Shown: piece after piece, positions 17,941 to 26,950 of the stretch | Position numbering within the stretch: position 1 is the stretch's first letter | Layout: every line of letters starts with the position of its first letter | Origin: Alistipes sp. | GTDB lineage: Bacteria; Bacteroidota; Bacteroidia; Bacteroidales; Rikenellaceae | Length of the DNA: 64,000 nt | Direction of reading: 5' to 3' | Assembly (NCBI GenBank): GCA_045653565.1 | Contig: JAZOMA010000012.1 | Coordinates: forward strand, 2,553 to 66,552 | Made by a program: the position numbers and the translations under genes | The notes under the pieces: model-generated | Seen by the model: only the letters and a program-made list of their open reading frames with translations | Database searches by the model: none | What the model was told of the DNA's origin: nothing

Positions 17941-19248
17941 TTACTCCCACTCGATAGTTGCATTTGGTTTTGGAGAGAGGTCGTAGCATACGCGGTTTAC
18001 GTTTGGTACCTCCTTCAAGATGCGGTCGGTAATCTTTGCCAAGATAGCCCAATCGATATGCTCGATGGAGGCTGTCATTGCGTCTACGGTGTTTACAGCA
18101 CGGAGAATTACAGGCCAGTCGTACGAACGAGCGTTGTCGCGCACGCCTACCGACTTAAAGTCTGGCACTACGGTGAAGTACTGCCATACACTCTTATCCA
18201 AGCCCGCCTTTGCGAACTCCTCGCGCAAGATTGCGTCCGACTCACGAACTGCTTCCAAGCGGTCGCGAGTGATTGCGCCGAGGCAACGAACGCCCAAGCC
18301 TGGTCCTGGGAATGGCTGACGATAAACCATCTCGTATGGTAAGCCCAACTCAACACCGCAAGCACGAACCTCATCCTTGAACAACTGCTTCAATGGCTCA
18401 ACCAACTCGAACTGCAAGTCCTCTGGCAGACCACCTACGTTGTGGTGCGACTTAACCATCTTTGCAGTCTTGGTGCCACTCTCAACGATATCCGGGTAGA
18501 TTGTTCCCTGACCGAGATAGTCGATGCCCTCCAACTTGCGTGCCTCCTCCTCGAATACGCGGATAAACTCGCCACCGATAATCTTACGCTTCTGCCCTGG
18601 GTCGGCAACGTTCTCCAACTTTGTGAGGAAACGCTCCGTAGCGTCAACATAGACGAGGTTAGCGCAGAGCTGCTCGCCGAAAATCTTAACTACATCCTCC
18701 GACTCGCCCTTACGCATCAAACCGTGGTTTACGTGAACGCAAACGAGGTTGTTGCCGATAGCCTTCAAAAGCAATGCTGCCACAACCGACGAGTCTACTC
18801 CACCCGACAATGCGAGCAACACCTTCTTGTCGCCTACCTGCTGGCGAATAAGCTCCACCTGGTCAGCCACGAAGTTGGTCATATTCCAGTTAGCCTCGGC
18901 CTTACAAGTGTCGAATACAAAGCCCTTTACAGCCTCCTTTATGGCGTCGAGGTCGTCTGTAAACTGCGCCAATTTTGTTTCGCACTTTGCGTTGTCCCAG
19001 CCTGCTGCCATCACCGGATAGCCTGCCTCGTAAATCTCGGGCAATACGTCAATCGCTACCCCATCGATTACGTGGTTAGGACCACCATTTATAATTACAC
19101 CCTTAACATTTGGCAACGCCTGCAACTCCTTTGCAGTGATGTCGTGTGGGTAAATCTCGCTATATACGCCCAAAGCGCGAATTGCTCTTGCTACTACTGT
19201 ATTCTCGTGACTGCCCAAGTCCAAGATTACAATCATATCCTGCTTCAT
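17941..19248 (-). CDS. guaA: GMP synthase with a shortened glutaminase domain
   Basis: ALSGGVDSSV, GQGTIYPD, KSHHNVGGLP, RQPFPGPGL, KPNATIEWE. The N-terminal domain lacks the GxCxG and HPE motifs. Confidence 0.95.
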   Translation of the reverse strand: MKQDMIVILDLGSHENTVVARAIRALGVYSEIYPHDITAKELQALPNVKGVIINGGPNHVIDGVAIDVLPEIYEAGYPVMAAGWDNAKCETKLAQFTDDLDAIKEAVKGFVFDTCKAEANWNMTNFVADQVELIRQQVGDKKVLLALSGGVDSSVVAALLLKAIGNNLVCVHVNHGLMRKGESEDVVKIFGEQLCANLVYVDATERFLTKLENVADPGQKRKIIGGEFIRVFEEEARKLEGIDYLGQGTIYPDIVESGTKTAKMVKSHHNVGGLPEDLQFELVEPLKQLFKDEVRACGVELGLPYEMVYRQPFPGPGLGVRCLGAITRDRLEAVRESDAILREEFAKAGLDKSVWQYFTVVPDFKSVGVRDNARSYDWPVILRAVNTVDAMTASIEHIDWAILAKITDRILKEVPNVNRVCYDLSPKPNATIEWE

Positions 19249-19262
19249 AAAAACTTCGTTTT

Positions 19263-19419
19263 TTAATTGATAATTGATAATTGAAAATTGACAATTATTG
19301 GTAAAACGATAAATCGTTTTTGTCTATTTATTATTTTCCTCCTATCAACTATCTGTATTATTTATAAATTAAAATTCCTTTAATTATCAATTGTCAATTG
19401 TCAATTGTCAATTTGAATT
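19263..19419. repeat. Inverted pair of (AATTGAY)n heptamer arrays in the guaB-guaA spacer
   Basis: TAATTGATAATTGATAATTGAAAATTGACAATT faces TAATTATCAATTGTCAATTGTCAATTGTCAATT. Confidence 0.8.
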
Positions 19420-20887
19420 ACTCGCCTCGCGAATAGTTCGGTGTCTCGCGTGTGATGGTGATGTCGTGTGGGTGGTTCTCCACTACGGCTGCCGAGGTGA
19501 TGCGTACGAAGCGTGCCTTCTGCAACTCCTCAATCGAGCGTGCGCCACAGTAGCCCATACCTGCACGGATACCTCCAACCAACTGATATACAGTCTCTGC
19601 CAACGAGCCCTTGAATGGTACGCGACCCACGATGCCCTCCGGCACGAGCTTCATTGCGTTAGCCTCGCCGTCCTGGAAGTAGCGGTCCTTCGAGCCAGCC
19701 TTCATTGCGTCGATAGAGCCCATACCACGATAGGTCTTGAACTTACGACCGTTGTAGATGATAGTTTCGCCCGGCGACTCCTCGGTACCTGCAAACATTG
19801 AACCGCACATTACGCACGTTCCACCTGCCGACAATGCCTTCACGATGTCGCCCGAGTAGCGCAAACCTCCGTCAGCGATAACGCCTACGCCACTACCCTG
19901 TGCCTCCTTAGCGCAGTCGAATATGGCTGTCAACTGCGGTACGCCCACACCTGCAATAATACGGGTGGTGCAGATTGAGCCCGGACCGATACCCACCTTG
20001 ATACCATCGGCACCATTCTCGATAAGATAGCGTGCTGCCTCGGCTGTAGCGATGTTTCCAACCACTACGTCGAGTTTTGGATATACCTCCTTAATCTTTT
20101 TCAACAAACCTACAACGCCCTTCGTGTGTCCGTGTGCCGAGTCGAGAACTACGGCGTCAACGCTCTCGTGTACGAGTGCTGCTACGCGCTCCATAGCGTC
20201 AGGCGTAATGCCGATACCTGCTGCTACGCGAAGGCGACCCTTCGAATCTTTGCACGCATTTGGGTGGTCCTGAGCCTTGGTCAAGTCCTTGTAGGTGATG
20301 AGTCCCACGAGGTGTCCCTCCTTATCGACTACAGGCAACTTCTCAATCTTGTTCGAGAGCAACACCTCGGCAACGTCGGTGTTCTCGCCCTCGGTGATGG
20401 TCACCAGATTCTCGGCGGTCATAACCTCCTCAATCTTGCGAGAGAGATCCTTCTGGAAGCGGAGGTCGCGGTTGGTTACGATGCCCACGAGCATACGATT
20501 CTCGTCTACGACTGGAATACCGCCAATCTTGTTCTCGCGCATCATATCGAGCGCATCGCCCACGGTGTTCTCGCGTGCAATGGTTACGGGGTCGTCAATC
20601 ATACCATTCTCGGCACGCTTAACACGACGCACCTGCGCAGCCTGCTCGGCGATAGACATATTCTTGTGAATCACACCAATACCACCCTCGCGAGCGATTG
20701 CAATCGCCATCGGAGCCTCGGTTACGGTGTCCATCGCAGCCGAAACGATAGGGATGTTGAGCGTGATGTTGCGCGAGAAGCGACTCTTGGTGCTAACCTC
20801 GCGTGGCAAAACCTCCGAGTATGCCGGTACCAGCAACACATCGTCAAAGGTCAAGCCCTCTTGATAAACTCGTTCATCTAAAAACAT
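19418..20887 (-). CDS. guaB: IMP dehydrogenase
   Basis: [20 protein letters not shown], a CBS pair, [17 protein letters not shown]. Confidence 0.98.
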   Translation of the reverse strand: MFLDERVYQEGLTFDDVLLVPAYSEVLPREVSTKSRFSRNITLNIPIVSAAMDTVTEAPMAIAIAREGGIGVIHKNMSIAEQAAQVRRVKRAENGMIDDPVTIARENTVGDALDMMRENKIGGIPVVDENRMLVGIVTNRDLRFQKDLSRKIEEVMTAENLVTITEGENTDVAEVLLSNKIEKLPVVDKEGHLVGLITYKDLTKAQDHPNACKDSKGRLRVAAGIGITPDAMERVAALVHESVDAVVLDSAHGHTKGVVGLLKKIKEVYPKLDVVVGNIATAEAARYLIENGADGIKVGIGPGSICTTRIIAGVGVPQLTAIFDCAKEAQGSGVGVIADGGLRYSGDIVKALSAGGTCVMCGSMFAGTEESPGETIIYNGRKFKTYRGMGSIDAMKAGSKDRYFQDGEANAMKLVPEGIVGRVPFKGSLAETVYQLVGGIRAGMGYCGARSIEELQKARFVRITSAAVVENHPHDITITRETPNYSRGE

Positions 20888-20948
20888 AATTACCTATATT
20901 TATATTGTTTGTTATTTTGTTCGTCTCTTTTAGGGGTTATAGGATTTT

Positions 20949-21040
20949 GTAGGATTCGCACCTATGGTGCTTTATGGGATTTGATAGGAAAGCCCTATCT
21001 AATCCTATTTCGTCCTATCTAATCCTATCTAATCCTATTC
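20949..21040. repeat. REP-like palindrome plus (CTAATCCTAT)n decamer array
   Basis: GTAGGATTCGCACCTATGGTGCTTTATGGGA at 20949-20979, then decamers also seen near 2619-2635 and 13226-13262. Confidence 0.7.
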
Positions 21041-21058
21041 CTTATCGGCTTTTGTAGA

Positions 21059-21195
21059 AAAGCAAAAAGGTCGCTACACACCCGTGTAATGACCTTTTTT
21101 AACCGCACACCGCACACGCTCCCACTCTTTTGAACTCCGAGATTTGCGGAGTCTTGCGTAGTCCTATGTTGTGCAATGCGTACATCTACTCAAAC
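21059..21195 (-). promoter_or_regulatory. guaB leader: candidate attenuator (28-aa uORF 21185-21099 and terminator 21064-21099)
   Basis: TATCTTTG at 21209-21202; uORF MYALHNIGLRKTPQISEFKRVGACAVCG*; hairpin AAAAAGGTCATTACAC-GGGT-GTGTAGCGACCTTTTT homologous to the purE leader. Confidence 0.7.
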
Positions 21196-21262
21196 TTTGG
21201 GCAAAGATACAATAAAAAACGGAAAACGGAAAGCGGAAAACGGAAAACTTTTTATTTTTTAC

Positions 21263-21290
21263 AAAAAAAAGCGACCCGAAGGTCGCCTTT
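21263..21290 (-). terminator. Intrinsic terminator
   Basis: GCGACC-TTCG-GGTCGC followed by T8 on the minus strand. Confidence 0.85.
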
Positions 21291-21311
21291 GATTTGCCGA
21301 ACGTAGCTAAA

Positions 21312-21974
21312 TTACTTCTTCAAGAACTTTACAGCCGACGAGTACAACTTGTTAGCCTTAACGGTCTTATTTGCGCTGAGAGGCTCAACACCACCGCCCA
21401 AGTTCGAGTAGTCATCGAAAGTAACTGGGCCAGTGTAGTCAACCTTCAAAGTCTTGCCCTTGAGAGTTGTGAGGACACCCTTAACTACATAGTTCTCACC
21501 CTCCTTCTTAACGGTCAAATTACCGCTAACGATACCGTCGTATACTATGTAAGTCTCAGTTGCCATATCCATCTCTATATAGCCCGAGCCAACGATCTCG
21601 TCATCAAACGCAGCTGCGTCGATGTAGGTGTTTGCTGCAAGACCCTCGCCAGTCTCCCAGTTGATGCCTGCAGGACCAAATACGCCCTCGCCTGTCTTGT
21701 TGCTGAGTTCGGTCATATACTCAACAAAGAGCATCTTGACGATAAGTTGGCCTGTAGCCTCGTTCGCAAGTGCTGTACCTACTGTGAGGTTGTAGTCGTT
21801 GAGACCAACTTCGTAGTAGTCGCCATAGTTCTCAAGCATAACCTCTGATATATATGTCGAGAGTTCGTAGTCTGCTTTAACCTCAGGAGCATCTGGACCT
21901 TCAGGGTTGTTAGGCTCGCAAGCCATCATCATTGTTGCGCCAAGCGCCAAAACTGCAAGTAAATACTTTTTCAT
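21312..21974 (-). CDS. Hypothetical lipoprotein
   Basis: Lipobox MMMAC; own promoter TAAATTTG at 22081-22074 and own terminator. Confidence 0.82.
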   Translation of the reverse strand: MKKYLLAVLALGATMMMACEPNNPEGPDAPEVKADYELSTYISEVMLENYGDYYEVGLNDYNLTVGTALANEATGQLIVKMLFVEYMTELSNKTGEGVFGPAGINWETGEGLAANTYIDAAAFDDEIVGSGYIEMDMATETYIVYDGIVSGNLTVKKEGENYVVKGVLTTLKGKTLKVDYTGPVTFDDYSNLGGGVEPLSANKTVKANKLYSSAVKFLKK

Positions 21975-22163
21975 AATTGTTTAGTTTTAAATTGTTATTA
22001 AAATAAGTGTGTTTGCTTTCAATTTTTAATAAAACACCATTTCGTAGCGGTGTACGTGGGTTTTACTCTATTGCAAATTTAAACACAAAAAATGGATTAT
22101 GCAAATTTTTTAATAAATTTTTCACATTTTTTGCATTTTATTTCGGGATAGATGTTGCGCTGA

Positions 22164-22225
22164 TGTTACATTGTTACACGTGTTACACGGGGGGGGTGCC
22201 CTGTAACACGTGTAACAATGTAACA
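22164..22225. repeat. Perfect 24-bp inverted repeat built of TGTTACA units with a G8-containing spacer
   Basis: TGTTACATTGTTACACGTGTTACA (22164-22187) and its exact reverse complement (22202-22225). Confidence 0.92.
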
Positions 22226-22284
22226 ATTTCAATAAAATGTTGATAAATCTGCCGTGAGGTCTTTTTTATATAATAAAAAAAGAG

Positions 22285-22428
22285 TACCTTTGCGATATGT
22301 TTTTGCAGAGAGTACATACTTCCCCATTGGTTGCGCCGCAGCGTCGCAAGAAGTTGCAGCAGCAGATGTTGGGGAGCGTGCGCGAATAAAAAGGCCACTA
22401 CACGAGTGTGTAGCGGTCTTTTTGCTTT
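22285..22428 (+). promoter_or_regulatory. purE promoter and leader: candidate attenuator (30-aa uORF 22297-22389 and terminator 22388-22428)
   Basis: TACCTTTG at 22285-22292; uORF MFLQRVHTSPLVAPQRRKKLQQQMLGSVRE*; hairpin AAAAAGGCCACTACAC-GAGT-GTGTAGCGGTCTTTTT. Confidence 0.7.
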
Positions 22429-22530
22429 AGGCTATTAGCTGTTAGCCCTTAGCTAGAAAAACAACACAAACAATAATATTAACTAAAAGCCAATGGCCAA
22501 TGGCTAATGGCTAAAAGCAAAAGTTTTTTT

Positions 22531-23010
22531 ATGAAGGTAGCAGTAGTAATGGGCTCGACAAGCGACTGGGATGTTATGAAGGCGGCTTGTGAGACCCTTG
22601 CAGAGTTAGGTATCGAGTACGAGAAGCGTGTAATCAGCGCACACCGTACTCCCGATTTGATGTTTGAGTTTGCGAAGTCGGCGCGTGAGCGTGGCTTTGG
22701 TGCTATTATCGCAGGCGCAGGAGGTGCAGCGCACGTTGCAGGTGTAACGGCAGCGATGACCACCGTGCCAGTTATTGGTGTGCCAATCAAGACCTCGGCA
22801 CTCGGTGGTTTGGACTCGTTGCTCTCGATTGTGCAGATGCCTGGCGGAATACCTGTGGCTACAACTGCAATCAATGGTGCAAAGAATGCGGCTCTTATCG
22901 CTGCGCAGATATTTGCATTGACCGATAAGGCTGTCGAGGAGAAACTTCTCGCCTTCCGTGCAAAGCAGACTGCAACAGTTCTTTCGGCTACGCTTCCAGA
23001 CTTGGAGTAA
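22531..23010 (+). CDS. purE: N5-CAIR mutase / AIR carboxylase
   Basis: [41 protein letters not shown]. Confidence 0.97.
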   Translation: MKVAVVMGSTSDWDVMKAACETLAELGIEYEKRVISAHRTPDLMFEFAKSARERGFGAIIAGAGGAAHVAGVTAAMTTVPVIGVPIKTSALGGLDSLLSIVQMPGGIPVATTAINGAKNAALIAAQIFALTDKAVEEKLLAFRAKQTATVLSATLPDLE

Positions 23011-23133
23011 AATCGTTCTGATTGGCTCTTTTCTCACCAATCGTCGGTAGCCGAAATGCTCACATAGGCCTACTATGCTGCGCTTTCAGTCTCCTAGCTT
23101 GGCGAAAAAATAGCTCAATCACCTCCGATTTTG
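23008..23133. mobile_element. ~125-bp palindromic MITE/ERIC-like element, copy 1
   Basis: TAAAATCGTTCTGAT...CGATTTT, starting at the purE stop codon; homologous to 32305-32429 and 33351-33476. Confidence 0.7.
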
Positions 23134-23198
23134 AATTAGTGGAATTTTTAATTTATAAAAAGCCAATGGCTAATGGCTAATGGCTAAGAGCAAAAAAT

Positions 23199-26100
23199 AT
23201 GAAAAATCACAGAATATTTGTCGAGAAGTACGCTCGCTTTCAGGTCGAGGCCGAGTCGCTCCGTAAGGAGTTGAACGAGAACTTGGGTCTCGCTATCGAG
23301 GAGTTGCGTGTACTCAATGTTTATGATTTGTTCGGTTTTAGCGACGAGCTTGTTGAGCGTTGCCGCTACTCCGTATTTGGCGAAATCGTTACCGATAGCG
23401 TGTCGGACGAGTGCGACTACGAGCAGAAGAAACACCTCGCTATCGAGTTCTTGCCCGGTCAGTTCGACCAGCGTGCATCGTCGGCTGTGGACTGCGTACA
23501 CCTGTTGGAGCCTGCCGCCGAGGTTAAAATTCGCTCATCGCGCCTCTACATCTTCGACGATGGCGTTGGCGAGGAGCAGATGGCAAAGATTAAGCACTAC
23601 CTTATCAACGCTGTGGAGTCGCGCGAGAAGAACCTCGCAATACTCTCGGATGCCGAGCAGGCCGATATCAAGCCTGTACCGGTGTTGGAGGGCTTTATCG
23701 ATATGAAGGAGGAGGATTTGTTGCCATACTGCAAAGAGAATGGCTTGGCAATGAATGCAGACGATTTGCGTTGCGTGGTGGAGTACTTCCGCAGCGAGCA
23801 TCGCAACCCTACGCAGACCGAGTTGCGTATCCTCGACACCTACTGGAGTGACCACTGCCGTCACACCACCTTCACAACCGAGATTGAGGAGATAAAGATT
23901 GACGACTCGTTTATGAAGGGCGAGTACGAGACTGCGTTGGCAGAGTTCGGCATTATGCGTAAGGAACTCGGTCGTGAGCAGAAGTCGCTGTGCTTGATGG
24001 AGTTGGCAACTATCGGCGGTCGCTACCTCCGCAAAATTGGCAAGTTGGACGATATGGAGGTGAGCGAGGAGAACAACGCTTGCTCTATCTTCGTTGATGT
24101 AGATATCGAGGGTCAGACAGAGAAGTGGCTCTTGCAGTTCAAAAACGAGACCCACAACCACCCTACCGAGATTGAGCCATTCGGTGGTGCTTCGACCTGC
24201 TTGGGTGGCGCAATTCGCGATCCACTCTCTGGTCGTGCATACGTATATCAGGCTATGCGCGTAACGGGCGCGGGCGATATATATAAAGGTGTAGACGAGA
24301 CTATGGCGGGTAAGTTGCCACAGCGTATCATTTCGCGTAAGGCAGCAGCCGGCTACTCGAGCTACGGAAACCAGATTGGTTTGGCTACAACACACGTGCG
24401 CGAGATTTACCACGACGACTACGTGGCAAAGCGTTTGGAGGTTGGAGCAGTCGTTGGTGCGGTTAAGGCTGCGGACGTTCGTCGTGAGAGCCCGGCACCA
24501 GGCGACGTGGTACTCTTGCTCGGTGGTCGCACAGGTCGTGATGGCATCGGTGGAGCAACAGGCTCGTCGAAGCAGCACACCACCGCTTCGTTGGAGGAGT
24601 GTGGCTCGGAGGTGCAGAAGGGAAATGCTCCCGAGGAGCGCAAGATTCAGCACCTGTTCCGTCGTGGCGACGTAACGCGTCTGATTAAGAAGTCGAACGA
24701 CTTTGGTGCAGGAGGTGTATCGGTGGCTATCGGCGAGTTGACCGATGGCTTGGATATCTACCTCGACCGCGTACCTGTAAAGTATAACGGCTTGAACGCT
24801 ACCGAGTTGGCTATTTCGGAGTCGCAGGAGCGTATGTCCGTAGTTGTCGAGAAGAAGGACGTGGAGGCTATGGTGGCACTCTGCCACGAGGAGAACGTCG
24901 AGGTTACCCACGTAGCCGACGTTACCGACACGAGCCGTATGCGTATGTTCTACAAGGGCGAGAAGGTGGCAGACCTGAAGCGTGAGTTTATCGACTCGGC
25001 AGGTGCAAAGCACTACACCAAGATTGCGTTGGGTGCTATTGAGGAGTGCAACCCATTCCACCGCGACGTAGAGGGTGCAACACTCCGCGAGAAGATGATA
25101 AACAACCTCAAAGATAATAACGTCGTATCGCAGCGTGGTTTGTGCGAGATGTTCGACTCGACCATCGGTCGCTCGACCGTGCTGATGCCATTCGGCGGCA
25201 AGACGCAGCGCACCGAGACACAGGTGTCGATGCAGACCTTGCCTGTACGCCACGGTAAGACCTCGACAGCGAGTGTTATGGCGTTTGGCTTTAACCCATA
25301 TATCTCGGCGTGGTCGCCATATCACGGTGCAGAGTACGCCGTAGTGGAGGCTATCGCAAAGGTTGTGGCTTCGGGTGCTTCGTACGAGAAGATGCGCTTC
25401 TCGTATCAGGAGTACTTCGAACGTATGACCGATGCTCGCTCGTGGGGCAAGCCTATGTCGGCATTGCTCGGTACTATCCGTATGCAGAAGGCATTCGAGT
25501 TGCCATCTATTGGCGGTAAGGACTCGATGAGTGGTACTTTCCAGAACATCAACGTTCCACCAACCCTCATCGCATTCGGTATCACAACGCTCGACGCACG
25601 TAAGGCTATCAGCCCAGAGTTTAAGGAGGCAGGCAATGGTTTGTACCTCGTTAAGCATAACCACAATGCCGACTACACTCCAAATACCGAGGAGTTGAAG
25701 GCAAACTTTAAGGGGGTTACCGAGGAGATTCACAAGGGCAATATCGTTTCGGCATACGCAATCGGCTTTGGTGGCGTAGCGGAGGCAGTGGCCAAGATGT
25801 CGTTCGGTAACGAGATTGGTGCAACGTTGACCTGCGACGAGTCTACCCTATTCGACTACTCTTATGGTTCGATTTTGGTCGAGGCTAAGGAGGCATTCGA
25901 GGGTGCAGTTAAGGTGGGCGAAACTGTAGCAGAGAAGTGCGTAGAGGTCTTGGGCGAGAAGTTCTCGTTGGCAGAGTTGTACGACGCAAACACTGCGAAG
26001 TTCGAGAAGATATATCCAGCCAAAGGTAAGTCGGGCGAGAAGTGCCGCGAGAGCAACCACACCGCCGTAGCGCCTACATATAAGGGCGAGAAGGTGGAGA

Positions 26101-26897
26101 AGGTGCAGGTTTACCTCCCTGTATTCCCAGGTACAAACTGCGACTACGACACCGCACGCGCATTCGAGCGTGAGGGTGCCGAGACCCATATCGGTGTGTT
26201 CCGCAACCTCACTCCAGAGGACGTATTGCACTCGATTGAGGCGATGGCAAAGGCTATCGACGAGTGTCATATCCTCGTATTGAGTGGCGGTTTCTCGTTG
26301 GGTGATGAGCCGGATGGTAGCGGTAAGTTCATCGCAAGCGTTTTGAACAACGCAACCGTTACGAAGGCTGTACACGCTTTGATTGAGCGTGGAGGCTTGA
26401 TTTTGGGTATCTGCAACGGCTTCCAGGCACTCGTTAAGTCGGGCTTGTTGCCTTATGGTCGCTTGGGTATGATGACCACAGAGTCGCCTACATTGTTCCA
26501 CAACGACATTCACCGCCACATCTCGCAGATTGTTTCGACCCGTGTCGGCACTACGGCTTCGCCTTGGTTGTCGTCGTTCGAGGTTGGCGACTTGCACTCT
26601 ATCGCAGTGAGTCACGGCGAGGGTAAGTTCGTGGTTAGCGAGGAGATGGCCGAGGAGTTGTTCGCAAATGGTCAGGTGGCATTCCAGTATGCCGATATGG
26701 AGGGCAATGCTACGACCGATGCTCCACACAACCCTAACGGCTCGTCGTATGGTATCGAGGGTATCATCTCGAAGAATGGTCAGATTCTCGGAAAGATGGG
26801 ACACACGGAGCGTTACGATGATTGCTTGTTCAAGAATATCGCAGGCGAGAAGCGTCAGAATATCTTCGCTAATGCAATTGAATATTTTACAAAATAA
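23199..26897 (+). CDS. purL: Phosphoribosylformylglycinamidine synthase, large single-chain form
   Basis: YWSDHCRH, KNETHNHPT, GGKDSMSG, FPGTNC, GICNGFQ, SHGEG. Confidence 0.97.
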   Translation: MKNHRIFVEKYARFQVEAESLRKELNENLGLAIEELRVLNVYDLFGFSDELVERCRYSVFGEIVTDSVSDECDYEQKKHLAIEFLPGQFDQRASSAVDCVHLLEPAAEVKIRSSRLYIFDDGVGEEQMAKIKHYLINAVESREKNLAILSDAEQADIKPVPVLEGFIDMKEEDLLPYCKENGLAMNADDLRCVVEYFRSEHRNPTQTELRILDTYWSDHCRHTTFTTEIEEIKIDDSFMKGEYETALAEFGIMRKELGREQKSLCLMELATIGGRYLRKIGKLDDMEVSEENNACSIFVDVDIEGQTEKWLLQFKNETHNHPTEIEPFGGASTCLGGAIRDPLSGRAYVYQAMRVTGAGDIYKGVDETMAGKLPQRIISRKAAAGYSSYGNQIGLATTHVREIYHDDYVAKRLEVGAVVGAVKAADVRRESPAPGDVVLLLGGRTGRDGIGGATGSSKQHTTASLEECGSEVQKGNAPEERKIQHLFRRGDVTRLIKKSNDFGAGGVSVAIGELTDGLDIYLDRVPVKYNGLNATELAISESQERMSVVVEKKDVEAMVALCHEENVEVTHVADVTDTSRMRMFYKGEKVADLKREFIDSAGAKHYTKIALGAIEECNPFHRDVEGATLREKMINNLKDNNVVSQRGLCEMFDSTIGRSTVLMPFGGKTQRTETQVSMQTLPVRHGKTSTASVMAFGFNPYISAWSPYHGAEYAVVEAIAKVVASGASYEKMRFSYQEYFERMTDARSWGKPMSALLGTIRMQKAFELPSIGGKDSMSGTFQNINVPPTLIAFGITTLDARKAISPEFKEAGNGLYLVKHNHNADYTPNTEELKANFKGVTEEIHKGNIVSAYAIGFGGVAEAVAKMSFGNEIGATLTCDESTLFDYSYGSILVEAKEAFEGAVKVGETVAEKCVEVLGEKFSLAELYDANTAKFEKIYPAKGKSGEKCRESNHTAVAPTYKGEKVEKVQVYLPVFPGTNCDYDTARAFEREGAETHIGVFRNLTPEDVLHSIEAMAKAIDECHILVLSGGFSLGDEPDGSGKFIASVLNNATVTKAVHALIERGGLILGICNGFQALVKSGLLPYGRLGMMTTESPTLFHNDIHRHISQIVSTRVGTTASPWLSSFEVGDLHSIAVSHGEGKFVVSEEMAEELFANGQVAFQYADMEGNATTDAPHNPNGSSYGIEGIISKNGQILGKMGHTERYDDCLFKNIAGEKRQNIFANAIEYFTK

Positions 26898-26950
26898 TAA
26901 ACATAAAATTAGCCAATGGCTAATGGCTAATGGCTAAAGGTTAAAAGATT

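Noticed and set aside
22297-22428. ZMP/ZTP, purine or PRPP/ppGpp riboswitch upstream of purE or guaB
   Set aside because: GGGAGCG resembles part of ZTP P1, but the GACUG(G/A)CG 5' strand and the GCCG..CGCCUGGGC P3 are missing. The purine-riboswitch core and the ykkC-type CUAGGGUUCC core are also absent.
23535-25733. 732-aa antisense ORF in purL and similar long shadow ORFs over pur, gua and tamB genes
   Set aside because: They lie fully opposite conserved genes, show no recognisable motifs, and are expected from biased codon usage.
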